Of a DNA stretch of 64,000 nucleotides, positions 26,978 through 40,100 are shown piece by piece. The notes beneath the pieces were generated by a model. That model did not search any database, had not been told where the DNA came from, and saw nothing but the letters and a program-made list of their open reading frames with translations. Each line of letters starts with the position of its first letter. Position 1 is the first letter of the stretch. Origin of the DNA: Trichoplax adhaerens. Taxonomy: Eukaryota > Animalia > Placozoa. The stretch lies in the NCBI RefSeq assembly GCF_000150275.1, contig NW_002060962.1:985205-1049204 (forward strand), written 5' to 3'. A program made the translations under genes and the position numbers.

Positions 26978-29900
26978 ATGGAGAAAGTGTGTTTTATTTT
27001 GGCTCTGACAGCCATCTACGGTAAGAAAGATCGATGTACTGATTTGAAGGGTTTCGGTTGTAAACTATTTTGGCCTACTTGCACTTCCACTCTTTCGATG
27101 CTAGCGATGGGTCAATATTTGTTTCAACGGGATTGTCATCTCCTCGACTATACAAAGTAGACTCCACTCGACGCAAAATGGCCATGGTTGAGGACTCATT
27201 AATGATTATACGATCGGATTTATCATGTCCACAAGGATGAACATTTTCGATCTTATCCCTTTCGTTGAATCCTTTTTATTGGATCGAGATAGATAGACAT
27301 TAGAATAGATCATTTCTTCTTCCAATCGAACCGATAACGATGATCATTTCAAAATGGCAGCGTGTACCAATCATAAATTTTCAACCAATGCAGCAGTTCC
27401 CTCCAGTCAGATCATTTTAATTATAGAAAAATGCAATGATAATCATGGCTATGTTCTCTCTAAGTAATTCGCTGGCTGTAGCCTACCACTTCAGTATTCA
27501 GCATGATGTAAAATCTGCATGGTATGTCTTCCGATGGCTTTTTCTAAAAGCCAATCCGATCGGAAGATTCACAGCTTTTTCGATATTGTTCACACCTGGG
27601 TGATATGGAGCAACTTTTTCAACTTTTATACCATGCCACTGATGATCAACAGTTTACCTACAATATAAGATGTAGACATAATTGTGCTTAACTCACACCA
27701 TGAAGAAATGGCGCACAACGATGCGTCAACAAAATCACCAAATCCTCTACAACCTTACAGTTTTATTATTTGTTTTTCATGTTAACGGTTGACCTAAGAA
27801 ATTAAAGCATTTTACTCTTTCTTTCCCTTTGATTGTAAGTCAAGCCGTGCAAGTTGATTCTAATTAATTAGGAACCTTAATTGGCCGTCATGACATGTAC
27901 ACTTGTACAGTCCATAGATCCTTTTTGGATAATTAATGCTCACCTTCACACAAGCGGTTCAACATTTTCCTACAGTACGCGTATTTCAAGTGGTTGTCTT
28001 ATGGGGTTGAAATTGTCGGAAATAGACACTTAACTATGTCCAAATTGATCATGCATCTGTTCCATCTTGACAGTTAATTAAAAAATAAACCGTGATCGTT
28101 GCAGAATTGTAATTGGCCTCTATTTGTTGATATCTTGTAGGCGCTGTCGCTCAAAATATTCCTACTTATAAGCAATGGATACCCAACACTAATTACAACA
28201 ATCCCGATAATTGGAGTAAGAAAAGATTGCCGTGCAGTCAAGATACAATAACATTCCAAAAAAGCGTAAGTCTAATTCGTCAAAGTTGCTCTTTATTTTG
28301 CACTTTTTTCTACTATCCGTACGGTAATGGTAGGGGTAAAAAACAACAGGATGAATCTTCTAGGAAAGAATGTAGCGTTAATTTATCGACATCGAGTTGC
28401 TTAATACGATAGGTTTGGTTTCAAAGTTGTTTCATTAATCTACTGTATTGAGTGAAAAGATTGAAGTATAGTCCATCGTAGAAATACTCGCTTATTAATC
28501 TTCTGATTGACTGTATCAATTTTCGTTTCGGACTAGCATGAAATAAATTCTTCTCGCAGGAAGGAGAGTATTTATTTATTTACTTTATCTGCGTGTATTT
28601 TATTTCTTGTCCAGATGAAACAGTTATGGATGGAAAAGTTACTGTATATGAAACACATAAGCATGAATAGACAGTAACCGTAGTTCATGAGCTATTATTT
28701 CTTGATCTTGTTGTTTAACTGGATGTATCCAATCTTTATTTTAGAACTACACGGTCTACCTTCAAAATACTTTATCGGTACAAGAATTGGTAAGTTTGAT
28801 CCATCATGAAAGTGCATAGCCCGCGCTACAGAGTCCATGTTTGTCTCACCTTGAGACGGAAGCCCTGCGGCTATACTGTACTGTTCGCGGTGAAATATGG
28901 TGCAATGATTTTGCATTATCCTTGAAGCATTGTACCACTTGCATAATGTGATTTCTTTCTATCACCATGATAATTAATAAGAATATTCCATACAAATACT
29001 TTATTTAATTCAGAAAGGTTCCTTCCAGTTAGCCATAAACGACAATAGGATCCTTTGACGGAATAGACTTTTTCTAACCTTTAGATAGAGTACAATAGAT
29101 TAGTATTATGAACCATTTCAATTCCATGTTTACTGTCATCGTCCTTCGATACTTGCTAAAACAGATCAGTACCATAAATCATTTCAATTTCATGATCACT
29201 GCCATCTTCCTTCGATAGCTGTATAATTATTGAAATAGATAAGTATGGCGAACTATTTCAATTTCATGCTCACTATCACCTTCCATCGATAGCTGTTGAA
29301 ATAGATCAGTACGATGAATCAATTTCATGATCACTGCCATCTTCCTTCGATAGCTGTATAATTATTGAAATAGATAAGTATGGTGAACAATTTCAATTTC
29401 ATGCTCACTATCACCTTCCATCGATAGCTGTTGAAATAGATCAGTACGATGAATCAATTTCATGATCACTGCCATCTTCCTTCGATAGCTGTATAATTAT
29501 TGAAATAGATCAGTATGGTGAACTATTTCAATTTCACGCTCACTATCACCCTCCGTCGATAGTTGTTGAAATAGATCAGTACGATGAATCAATTTCATGA
29601 TCACTGCCATCTTCCCTTCGATAGCTGTATAATTATTGAAATAGATAAGTATGGCGAACTATTTCAATTTCATGCTCACTATCACCTTCCATCGATAGCT
29701 GTTGAAATAGATCAGTACGATGAATCAATTTCATGATCACTGCCATCTTCCTTCGATAGCTGTATAATTATTGAAATAGATCAGTATGGTGAACTATTTC
29801 AATTTCACGCTCACTATCACCCTCCGTCGATAGTTGTTAAAATAGATCAGTACGATCAACAAATTTCATGATCACTGCCATCTTCCTTCGATAGCTGTAT

Positions 29901-32900
29901 AATTATTGAAATAGATAAGTATGGTGAACTATTTCAATTTCATGTTCACTATCACCTTCCATCGATAGTTGTTAAAATAGATCAGTACGATGAGCCAGTT
30001 CAATTTCATGCTTACTATCATCTTCTTTCCATAGTTGTTGAAATAGATCACTATTATCAGCCATTTCAAATCGATACTCGCTGTCCTCATCTTCCTTCGG
30101 TAGTTGTTGAAATAGATCAGTATTATGAACCATTTCAATTCCTTGCTCACTATCATCTTCCTTTCATGGATGTCGATAGTTGTCGAAAATTCGTAATATT
30201 TACTACAATTAACTTCTACAGTACCAATATAGTTCTACCTTATCATCCTCACACCTTACATACTGGAAATTCCTTTACTGTATATTTATTATTCGACACT
30301 GCAATGCTATTATACTGTACATTCTAGAACGATTGTCGGCCTAATAGGTTGCTAGATCTGTTTCTGTGTTGCCCTATCTTGTTCACTCCTTCTGTACAGG
30401 AAATTTACTTAGGTGTTAAATGCTTAGGTGATTGTTAAGGATGAAACTATTGTCACTCAAATGCGTAGCTAGCTGTTATTGATTATGCAAAGGCTAAAAC
30501 TAGTCTCGCTCCAATGCATGACTAGATTGTGTACTGCTCAACCATCCATACTGGAAGTTTTACGAGATGTAAAAATGATCTTTGTCATCAATTGTTCAAA
30601 GTGAAAATTACAATCACTCTATTACTAGATTTTGCCTGTCGATGGCGACTTTGTTCTTGAGGAAGGATTTACTATCGAAGCACCACCGACACCATCGTCT
30701 TCACCGACTTCATCTCCTTCATCTCCTCCATGTCAAACAGGTATTATTCCAGTGATATGATAATAGGAGTCCTACGTTAAATAGATCCAATGTCAGAAGG
30801 AAAACTGCATGGATAATTTCAGCAGAATGAAGGAGACGCTATTATATTTTCGACTTGTTGAATGATGACCATTCAATTTTACCAAAGTTTCATGATATTG
30901 GCTTATTACTGTTTAACGACAACTTGTTCTCCGCTCTGTATGCTGTAATATCGACATGTACTGCATTCTAGTCTACTGTTGTAGTAAAATGTACCGAATA
31001 GAAATAACTAAGTAAGTCATTAGTTTTCGCACCGTACAAAACTCGAAATACGAATATAAATACTACACTTGGTTTCATGTCGTCGTATAAAAAATATCGA
31101 TCCAATTCTGTATAAGTGATCCTATAATTAGAATTAAATATTTGAAAATCGCATAACATAGACAATTTCATTTCTTCAATACGTGTAGGTGGATCGCCTA
31201 ACGTTTTTATCGGAGATATCCCTAAAAATTGGTTCAACCCGTCTAACTGGTTCACTGTTGATGGACCTACAGGATCAAGCATTCCTGGAAAGGTTGCTTC
31301 AAATGTTATGCAAACCGAACAGATACCTTGCCTAACTGATACGGCTATTTTTCCGGTGGGTGTTTAGGCTAAATTAAGTCTTCGTCATCTTGCCTGTATC
31401 AGTAACTTAGTGAGAGTATACATAGGATGATTGCATGAAAAGATATTGCTTTATTTAGTAGCTTTCAAAACTAATTGATGTCACAATATGCTATCTTATC
31501 ACTGTACTTGTATTCAATATTCTATGACGATAAAATAATAATAATATCAAAGTTATTACCTCTCTTGTCATAAAGTGGTCAACTAAACGTTCAATTTTAT
31601 TATGTCTTTTTCAATTTTTTTAGTCTAACGCTTTTGCAGTTAATATCACACTGCCAGTCATTGTTGGCTCAATTTTAATTAATGGTCAGCAGTATCTTGG
31701 CCAGCAGTTTGCTAACTATTTGGCCACACCTGTAGCTCAAAATCAGTTTTATTTTGGATTTGGAGCTTCTGTAACTGTCCAAGATAGCACTTGCACTAAT
31801 AGTTCAGGATGCCCGTGTGGTTATTCAGGTGGAGTGGTAAGTATAAATGTTAGTTTGTTCCCTGACAGTTCTTGTCAGAACTGATATCGACGCTATTTAA
31901 TAAGACATATGTATTTAAATTACACGGGTATAGCTATAGCTATTAATAACATTGTAAGCTATGGCATGCAAAACTTAAACTCCTGCTACGTAGAATATTC
32001 TATTGATGTAATACTATCCTTTTATCACAGTTTCAATATGAAATATGTAGGCAATCAATTTGTCCGCGCATTTCTTGTTCCAAACCGCTTGCTCCACCTC
32101 TTGGCAGTTGTTGTAAAATATGCGGTAAGTTATTTACATGATACAAAAATTCCTTATTTGTAGTTCAATTCAACTTACTAACATGCAGAGTAAACTTATT
32201 TACGGTAATGTTGTCTTGAAACTAGGAACCGTTATGCAGTTTTCCATTTCTAGTACCTTTAATATTACCGAATTTGAGCAACAGATCAAAGTGTCCTTCT
32301 TAAATGCCGCAGTAAGTAATTAAGAAATATTTGAGCAGATTTCTTCTATTATTGGTATTACATGATTACATGAATGATTATCGATCATGACTGTACGTTC
32401 GGGCTTACAAAGTTTGGTTGAAGTACCGTAGAAGGGATTGATTGCCATCTCTATCTTTATAAGTTATTTAACTTTCCATATTTCCTAATGTATATTGTAA
32501 CCGCACTATCACTAGACCAACGTATTATACAACATACAAACTACGGCGAATGGAACAGTTTTGTTGATTTTACAAGATACTAATAATGGTAAGCTATTGC
32601 AATTATTCCTATTGTAATATGTTCTTAATAATCTCTTTACCTTTTTACCCTTCCTTTGTAATCAATTTTTACTATAAAAAGCATGATACAAAAGTAAAAA
32701 GTAGCATTATTTTTTAATTACTTATGGTAGCTAAAATATTTCATTTTAGGAAGTACCTCAGGAACTGCTGCTATTAATGTAGGGAAGAATATTTTTGATA
32801 AGATTCGTTCAGGTTGGTAGAAATTACTTCAGAAATAAAGCTATCTTAAGGGTCTAAAATGAATGGCCCAAATTTTTGTTGCTACGTAAACGCCTATTTT

Positions 32901-34364
32901 GTAGTATTTATCAACATTAATCTCGGGAATGACCGGTGTATTTGTATTTATTTATTTTATTTATTCCATTTGTACTAGTATTTTCCGTTATCGTAATCAT
33001 AGCGTAAATGAAATCTAATGAATCTATTTTATAGAGTAACTTGATTTCATTGACTTATGCACATATTTTCCGTGATTGTATTTAATTTCTCATGGGCAAT
33101 CCCCAAGATTGATCGGTCATTCCCTAGGATTGAGCGTAACATATAGGCGTATATATATACGCGTACACTGAACAGTTATTATAATTAGTAATAATATCGT
33201 AATTGTTAAGAAAGTATGTAATACTGATTTCATAAGACAGAAGAAATCATTAATGCAGCTTTCATCCTATTTAGACAAAAGCTTTAATATCACCTCGGAA
33301 ACGCTGCAGGGATCCGACGGAACTGTTATTACAACCAAACCTACAACACCTAGTAAGTAATGTAAAACGTTTTTTTAATTTGTGACAATCTCGATACTAT
33401 CGTATGTCTATGCGTATTGTAGGAAATATACTTTTGAAAGAAATTTTTTCTAAAATAACGTGAAATTAACCATTGAATAAATGAAAGATGGCATCAGATT
33501 TTATATCTTGGTTTTCTCCGTGTTATATAGATAATGCTGTTGGTGTTGGCGTTGGAATAGCGCTGGCTGTCGTTGCCGTCATTCTGCTGTTGTCAGTAGC
33601 ATACTACTTGTACTTCAGAAGGTAATTGTTTAAGAATTTTAGTAATGCGTAATTATGTGGTCGTTTATTGATCTCTAGATATATTGAAGTCAATAATGAG
33701 GCCAGTAGCAGTCATTTGCGAGATTTTTCTATAAATAAGTTTCTCTTAAAATTTATTTAAAAAATTACTAGAAAATCTGCTGACGAGCAAGATCTATCCA
33801 CTGCAACTACACCATCTCGAATTTCTAAAAGAATCAATAACCTTGGTCGGCGCATGCGAAGTACATTGAGAGGTCGTACATCGTCGAGTCTACTTACTTC
33901 CATGGAATTAGGAACACGTAGTGAAGCAGGTATGATATAGTAGAAATGATAAGGCCAAAAGTAATTCAAGACTACAGCAGTCCTCTATGATTTTCATAAT
34001 GTTTTACTTTAATTACAAGTATACCTACCTTTCTAGCCTTAAAATACTATTATGGTTGATTTTTAGAACAAAGTGTGGTAGACGTAGAGGATAAAGCTGG
34101 CCTGAGCTATGAAAATCCTTTATACAAAACTACCGTTAAGGTTAGCAGACGAAACCTTTGTAGGATGAAATTTAATGATAAAAGCTGGATATAATTGGCG
34201 TATCCAAGCTGTTCCAATTTACTTTCTCGTGATGCGCGTATAATCAAAATTACTTTTAGAAGATTTTTTTAATAAAGATGCTTTTTTGTCTAACTTTATA
34301 GGAGGAACCCGAAACTGCGTTTACTTTACAGGATACTCAAGATCCAACTGCTATCTATGAATAA
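26978..34364 (+). CDS. AMN: Amnionless (type I membrane subunit of the cubam receptor), ~494 aa, 15 exons
   Basis: Signal-peptide exon 26978-27020; 28141-28265 KQWIPNTNYNNPDNWSKKRLPC (human [22 protein letters not shown]); 28745-28789; 30629-30740 ILPVDGDFVL (LLPLDGELVL); 31189-31355 WFNPSNW...EQIPCLTDTAIFP (ERVPCRHDDVFFP); 31624-31836 CTNSSGCPCG; 32031-32124 VWC-like CPRISCSKPLAPPLGSCCKICG; TM exon ~33531-33621; cytoplasmic YENPLY. All splice phases are compatible. Confidence 0.93.
29093..30166. repeat. Intronic minisatellite, 16 units of 66-74 bp with higher-order structure
   Basis: Unit starts (AAATAGAT-like) at about 29093, 29159, 29233, 29299, 29368, 29434, 29503, 29569, 29639, 29705, 29774, 29840, 29909, 29975, 30041 and 30110; located in AMN intron 3. 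Confidence 0.95.
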
Positions 34365-36013
34365 GCGGGATTTCAGTTCTGCTAAGTGTTTTAATAACTA
34401 CGTCTTTGCATGGTCGTTGACTATTTTTAATGAAATTTGCCATGTTTGTGCAGTTTCTAGAAATTTCGCATTTTATTGGATATCTTAGTTATGATGTACG
34501 CGTATACAGCAACTTTGCCGTAAGGTAATAAATAAAATGGTTCAGTTCAAAGAAATGAAAGCGTTTGATTGCCAATTGAATTGTACTAGTTTCATTTTTT
34601 CTCTGCGCGTACTGCAGGATTGAAATTGGCCTGTAGTACCACTATTTTCATTAGAACATAGTATTATTGCAGTGCAAGATTACATTATACCGAATTCATT
34701 ATAAAAAGTTAATCATCTGTAGTATTTACTACGAATGCCATGAAAATCCATGCTGTCGTAACTTTGTTTGATCTTGAGCTTACAATCAGTATGCTCCTTT
34801 ACTCAGAATTTATGGTGCCTTGGTACAGTTAACGATTATATTATCATACACTGCCTTTGTTTAAGGATTTCAAGCATTCGTTAAGTGATAGATATTACTG
34901 CGTTTGCAGAGGAATATTTAATAATCTGACTTTAGTTTACCTCAATACTATTCGGATATTTACAACCACAACTTGAAAGATACTCTGTAATGTGTATTAG
35001 TAGAAGAAGTATACTTGTATTAGTACTGTACTCTTAGATTATCTCCTATATTAAAATTGGCCAATCAATGTTATAATTACTTTGATTCATCTAATAACGT
35101 ATCAAAGCGAAATGGGCAGCACTAAATAAGTGCAAACAGACACGCTGCATATACATTTAATAGAAGAAGTAATTAAGCCTTATCAACAGGTAGGCTGATA
35201 TCTAAATTATTTTGTAGCGATTTATTTTTAGGAAATCAAGTATAGTTAAAGAATCGAAAAATTTTGAATAAAATTATTTATTAATTATTAACAGATCGCT
35301 ACTCCAATTAAGCCAAATTTCGCATATAATCTTTAACGACAGAAATAGCTTAAAGAATAACAAGTAACAATTTTCACATTGCTTTTAATGTTGTATACAG
35401 ACTGTAATCTATGTCGTTCATCTGGATCATTCATGTTCGATCAACAAATAATGTCTTCATGTTTAATGGTATACAATTTATAACATTGTGACACAAAAAT
35501 AAGTATCGTTTTCTATTTGTAACGAATGAGGTCTTTATCGAAAATTAAAATGATATGTACCAGGCTGAGCAGGATACTGGCTTAGATATTGCAAGGGCTG
35601 CTGACGAACGGTCAATACTTGATTACTTCCCTTATAAAGGGGAGTATCGTATAGGCAAATTAATTGCAATAAAGAAAGTGATTTGAATATTAACAATTTC
35701 TAAACACTACCTCCAGATATTATTATAATTTCGGTTCAATATACATAGGCTAAAAATACGCTATTCTTTTTAGGTCCCTAAAATCCGAATCAACCAGTTA
35801 TTTCTCTAATCACAACTTTTGAATTTAGTGGCAAAATATCATATTGAAATCGGCATGCTATGAGATGAAGGAAACTTATCGAGCGAAAAAGCCTAACAAC
35901 GCCTATCAGTAAAGGGCTAAATTATATCGTCATCACGCGTGCCTTATGTTTTCCAATTTTTTATGCAAAACACATTTAAAGACTTGCTACAAATACTATC
36001 AGTATGATTATAG

Positions 36014-36043
36014 AATTTACTCGATCTTTCGATCGAGTAAATT
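36014..36043. repeat. Perfect inverted repeat (13-bp arms, 4-nt loop)
   Basis: AATTTACTCGATC-TTTC-GATCGAGTAAATT. Confidence 0.85.
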
Positions 36044-37136
36044 GTACTGTCTCCTATTATAATAATTTGAAATCATTACGGTCGTAAAATGTGCTGAAAA
36101 TATTTTAATTTCATTAATTTACGATCATTCCAGCTGAACTGCATCTACAAATGAATTAAAATTTGTGGTACTTTTTTGAATTTTGCGCAATTATTAATAA
36201 TTCGACCGAATTAGGTCAAATAACTGTGAGGTAAAATTAGATGAGTATATCATCGCTCTGTAACTTTTGATGTGGATCCATAATTTTACCATGTGAAATA
36301 GCACAGCCTAGATGATAGCCGTTAATATATCTAGTAAAGTTGGCGTATTATCATGGTGTGTTGTGCTTGTGGAAAGGTGGAAGCACAATTTGTGTATTAA
36401 AAGATCCAATTAACAAACTACTCTTGGAGAAACTAACGAGTAAAATAATGATGTAGATGTATAACACTAATCAAATACAAAAAGCTGGTCAGGTATCTTA
36501 GATATACCAAATCTCTGGTGAAAATTAATTTTGAATGGAAAGCAATTTAAGTTTAGAAACTGAAATTTATTAATAATATTGCGATTAAGCCTTACATCTT
36601 ATCGAGCCATTATGATATTTATCATTTTTAACCTTATATTATACGGTTAGTAAAGGGTTTAATTAACAAGTAGAAGATTTGACGTAAGCTAATGACCACG
36701 TACGAAGATCATTCTATCTATATTTATTAGAATTTGGTAGTAAAATTCTTAATACTAAAACAAGGAGCGACATATTGCGTTAATGATTAAGATAGAAGCA
36801 ATTGTATAACAAAGAATTGAAAATTTGGAAGTTACTAAGTAATTTTCCGAGTCCTAATAAAAGTAGCGATAAAATTATCAAAAATTTACTATTGAAGAGA
36901 AGCAATAGTAGTAGTGAAATTAAGAATCCATCAATGGCGGAAACTTAACCAAAGACTTCGTTATGTGTATGATGGTTTACATCCTTTAAATAGGTAATAG
37001 GTTGATTATTAAAATTTATGCAATAATGTCATTCGCATTAAAAGGTAACGAGCTAGTAGAACGGAGTAATTGAAAAGCGATTTAACTGAATGATTCCTAG
37101 TTAAGACCTAATACATTTTGTCGTTCTGCTAATCTC

Positions 37137-40100
37137 TTAATTTCCAGGATTCATTTGTTTTTCTCCCACATTTGGCAATTTGTCATACAGCGGTGGTAGT
37201 TGAGTTTTACTCGTAGCGCCAATGTCAGTCTGATTGTAATTTAATGCGACTTGTCCAGCTTGTGGTGTCTGAACGTAAACTGGCGCTTGTTGGAAAGCTA
37301 TAACTAACGAAAAATATTAAAAACATAGGATTATAAATTTCAAATCAAATAACACTGAGCTTTAATCGTTAGGTTAATGGATTCAGAAAAACTATAGATT
37401 GATTGTAGCTAATACGATATTGGAGGTAAGACAGTAATATAGCATGATGTAGTCGGTATGATATTACTAAAAGAGTAATTAGGATGGAATACTTTTCAAA
37501 AGAAAATTTGAGCCTCTTTAGCTAAGGTAGAAGGGCTAATATTTATACGTAATTTTAAACATGCAATCATCAATTTTACAATCCGTTTTCATGGTATCGC
37601 ATAGATAATTATAATCATCGAAAGAAGTGTTATCAAACGACATAAATATGGCAATATAATGAAACTTATAAATTCGCAGATTTTGGAAGAACTGAATAAT
37701 TACCAGAATATACTACTCGATTAGTAGTTATTTTTATACTGTAAAACTATTAAAGATTACTATAATAGTGAGATTGAGTAAACTTTGTATACAGAATCAT
37801 ATCCGGTAAGCAGTCCGTCATTTGTACTGTTTATAAGGAATTCATGAATCCAGTTTGTGCTATTAAAACTTTAAAGTGCTTGACGACAATTACATGATTT
37901 ACCTTTACTTGATAGCGCTACTCGCTAAAAGTTTTATATACCATATCTGAGTTAATATTAAGATTCTTACCTGGTTGATTAGGATATTGAGTTGGATATT
38001 GTTGAAATGCTACAACTTGGCTAGGACCAGTTTGATAGTGGACAGTAGTAACGTTCTATACGTTTAACAAGGGTAAATAAAGTATAAATTAACTCTGATT
38101 AACAGAAAATAAATACCGCATTAATTTTTAGATATATTCAAGTAATTAAGTCTATAGGCAACTTAGCTAAATATCATGAACAACAACTAATGAATCAAAA
38201 TCCGATGCGGTTCTTATAGTCATAGAAAGATGATCGCCGACATATCCTGTTAGAGATTACAGTACCACATTCTAACGATGTATAATTACTTGAACTTAGA
38301 GTGTACTTCAAACTCATATCGATCACACTTTTCATAGTCTATCTAATGTTAACGACATCCACTAAGTTATTAAGTATTTTAACACTATCTAATCTTTTCA
38401 ATCAAGAGTGTTAGCTAAAGAAATGACGATAACTCTTAGCGAAAATGCCCGAAATACGGGTAGTGGTATAAAATAAGGAATCGGCTGAGAAAGTTATCCA
38501 AGACTTACCGTTGCCGTTGTATTATTACAATAAATGCCATTTCCTAAAATAACGACTGATGTTAGGGACAGTATAAATCCAGAGACGGATAAAATGATAG
38601 AGACGATGTTGAACCATATAGTGCCTCCAATGTATAATCCAAAGCGGTTGCTAACCATGTAGGCAAGGCTAACTATGAAATGAGGAATGGACAAAATAAA
38701 GCTAATAATGGCGAACGCGAAATACGAGTTCATCTGTGTATCGGGGAAAAAAACATTGAAACAAGTCAGTTCATTCCAATCATCACTTAATAAATATCAA
38801 AACTTTCCAAGTTGCTGCAAATCAATGATTACGGACATACTGTATCTAGACATGAATAGTAAAGAGTATAGTAAACTTTCACCCTGGGTAACGGTTTAAA
38901 GTAGTTAAAATCGCTTCTAAAAGCAAAAATTTTTCTAGCAGTCTAGCGAACAACTTGATGATTTTAATCAGGTCTTAAAATATTGGTAGAGCAAAAACAT
39001 ACTACAATTTAAAAATTTGACCTTATAGTAAGTGTAAGGAAGAAGGAAATTGTCGTCCAATCGTAAAATTAAGTAACAGTTGCTTAATGTTAATGTTATT
39101 AGCTATGGCTTAAAAGATGTAAAGATCGACGCTTATTAGACGAAAATTGTTCGTCAATCGTTATTGATCATCTATTATAGGAAGGATTATAGAATATTAT
39201 TTACCATTACATACTGATCATTTATATAGTTATTCTGTTCGATGCCATAGCAATTAGTAGCAATTAGGCTATAGATTCTTTGAGGCTGATAAAAGTAAGA
39301 TTATACGAGGGAGTAGATCGGGCGAATTTTACTAGTGCTTTATTTCATTGATATAAAATCAGTAATTTAAGATTCTATTGAATGTCATTTCATTAGCACT
39401 TATAAATTGATATTTTAAACAGGCTAATTTCTATACTATTTTACAAATGCTAAAATGTCTCTTACCAGATGTGAATTAGCACGATTCTTGTGAGAAGCGA
39501 TAGCAAATATGCCACATAGGATATACTGAAATAAAAGATAATAGAAAACAATATTTAGTCATCCTTAAGTCATGATACTGTGCAGACTGTATACTGTATT
39601 GTAGGCAATAGATCATATGGACATAGAGTAGAACATGGTAAAATAAATTAGAATGGGCAGAAATACAATTTCTAGATTTCTGAAACTGAATAAATAACAT
39701 TAACTAAACTTTTTCTAACTAGAGTGGAATGGATTATCACTTAGTAGAACGAAGTATAATAATTCAGATTGGGAAAAAATGTAATTTCTAGTAATCTCAA
39801 ACGGAGTAAATAACATTAAATAAACTTTTCCTATTAAGAGTGCAATGGATTACTAATTACTAGTAAATATCAGTGTCTATTCGCTGTTCATAACCAGTAC
39901 ATTATACATATTACTGATATTAGCAATCTATTCCGATAACTTACAAATACGCCAGCCCAAATATCAGCTCCAACAAAGACCGTTGCGTTGCGAATATAGA
40001 TATAATGGCCGTGACTATAATATGAATAAGCAGTGGTGAAAATTCCAACGATGCCAACTATAAAGCTGACAATACCCGTAATGAGCATAGTAACACCAAT

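Noticed and set aside
29929-30156. 75-aa ORF with IYFNNY repeats
   Set aside because: It is a by-product of the 66-bp repeat; neighbouring units contain stops in this frame and there is no splice support.
29093-30166. CRISPR-like appearance of the regular repeat array
   Set aside because: There are no unique spacers (the whole unit repeats), it lies in a spliceosomal intron, and there are no cas genes.
30968-31282. 104-aa minus-strand ORF (also 6478-6807, 11465-11746, 33757-33969, 38687-38899, 61061-61255)
   Set aside because: Antisense shadows of real exons on the other strand.
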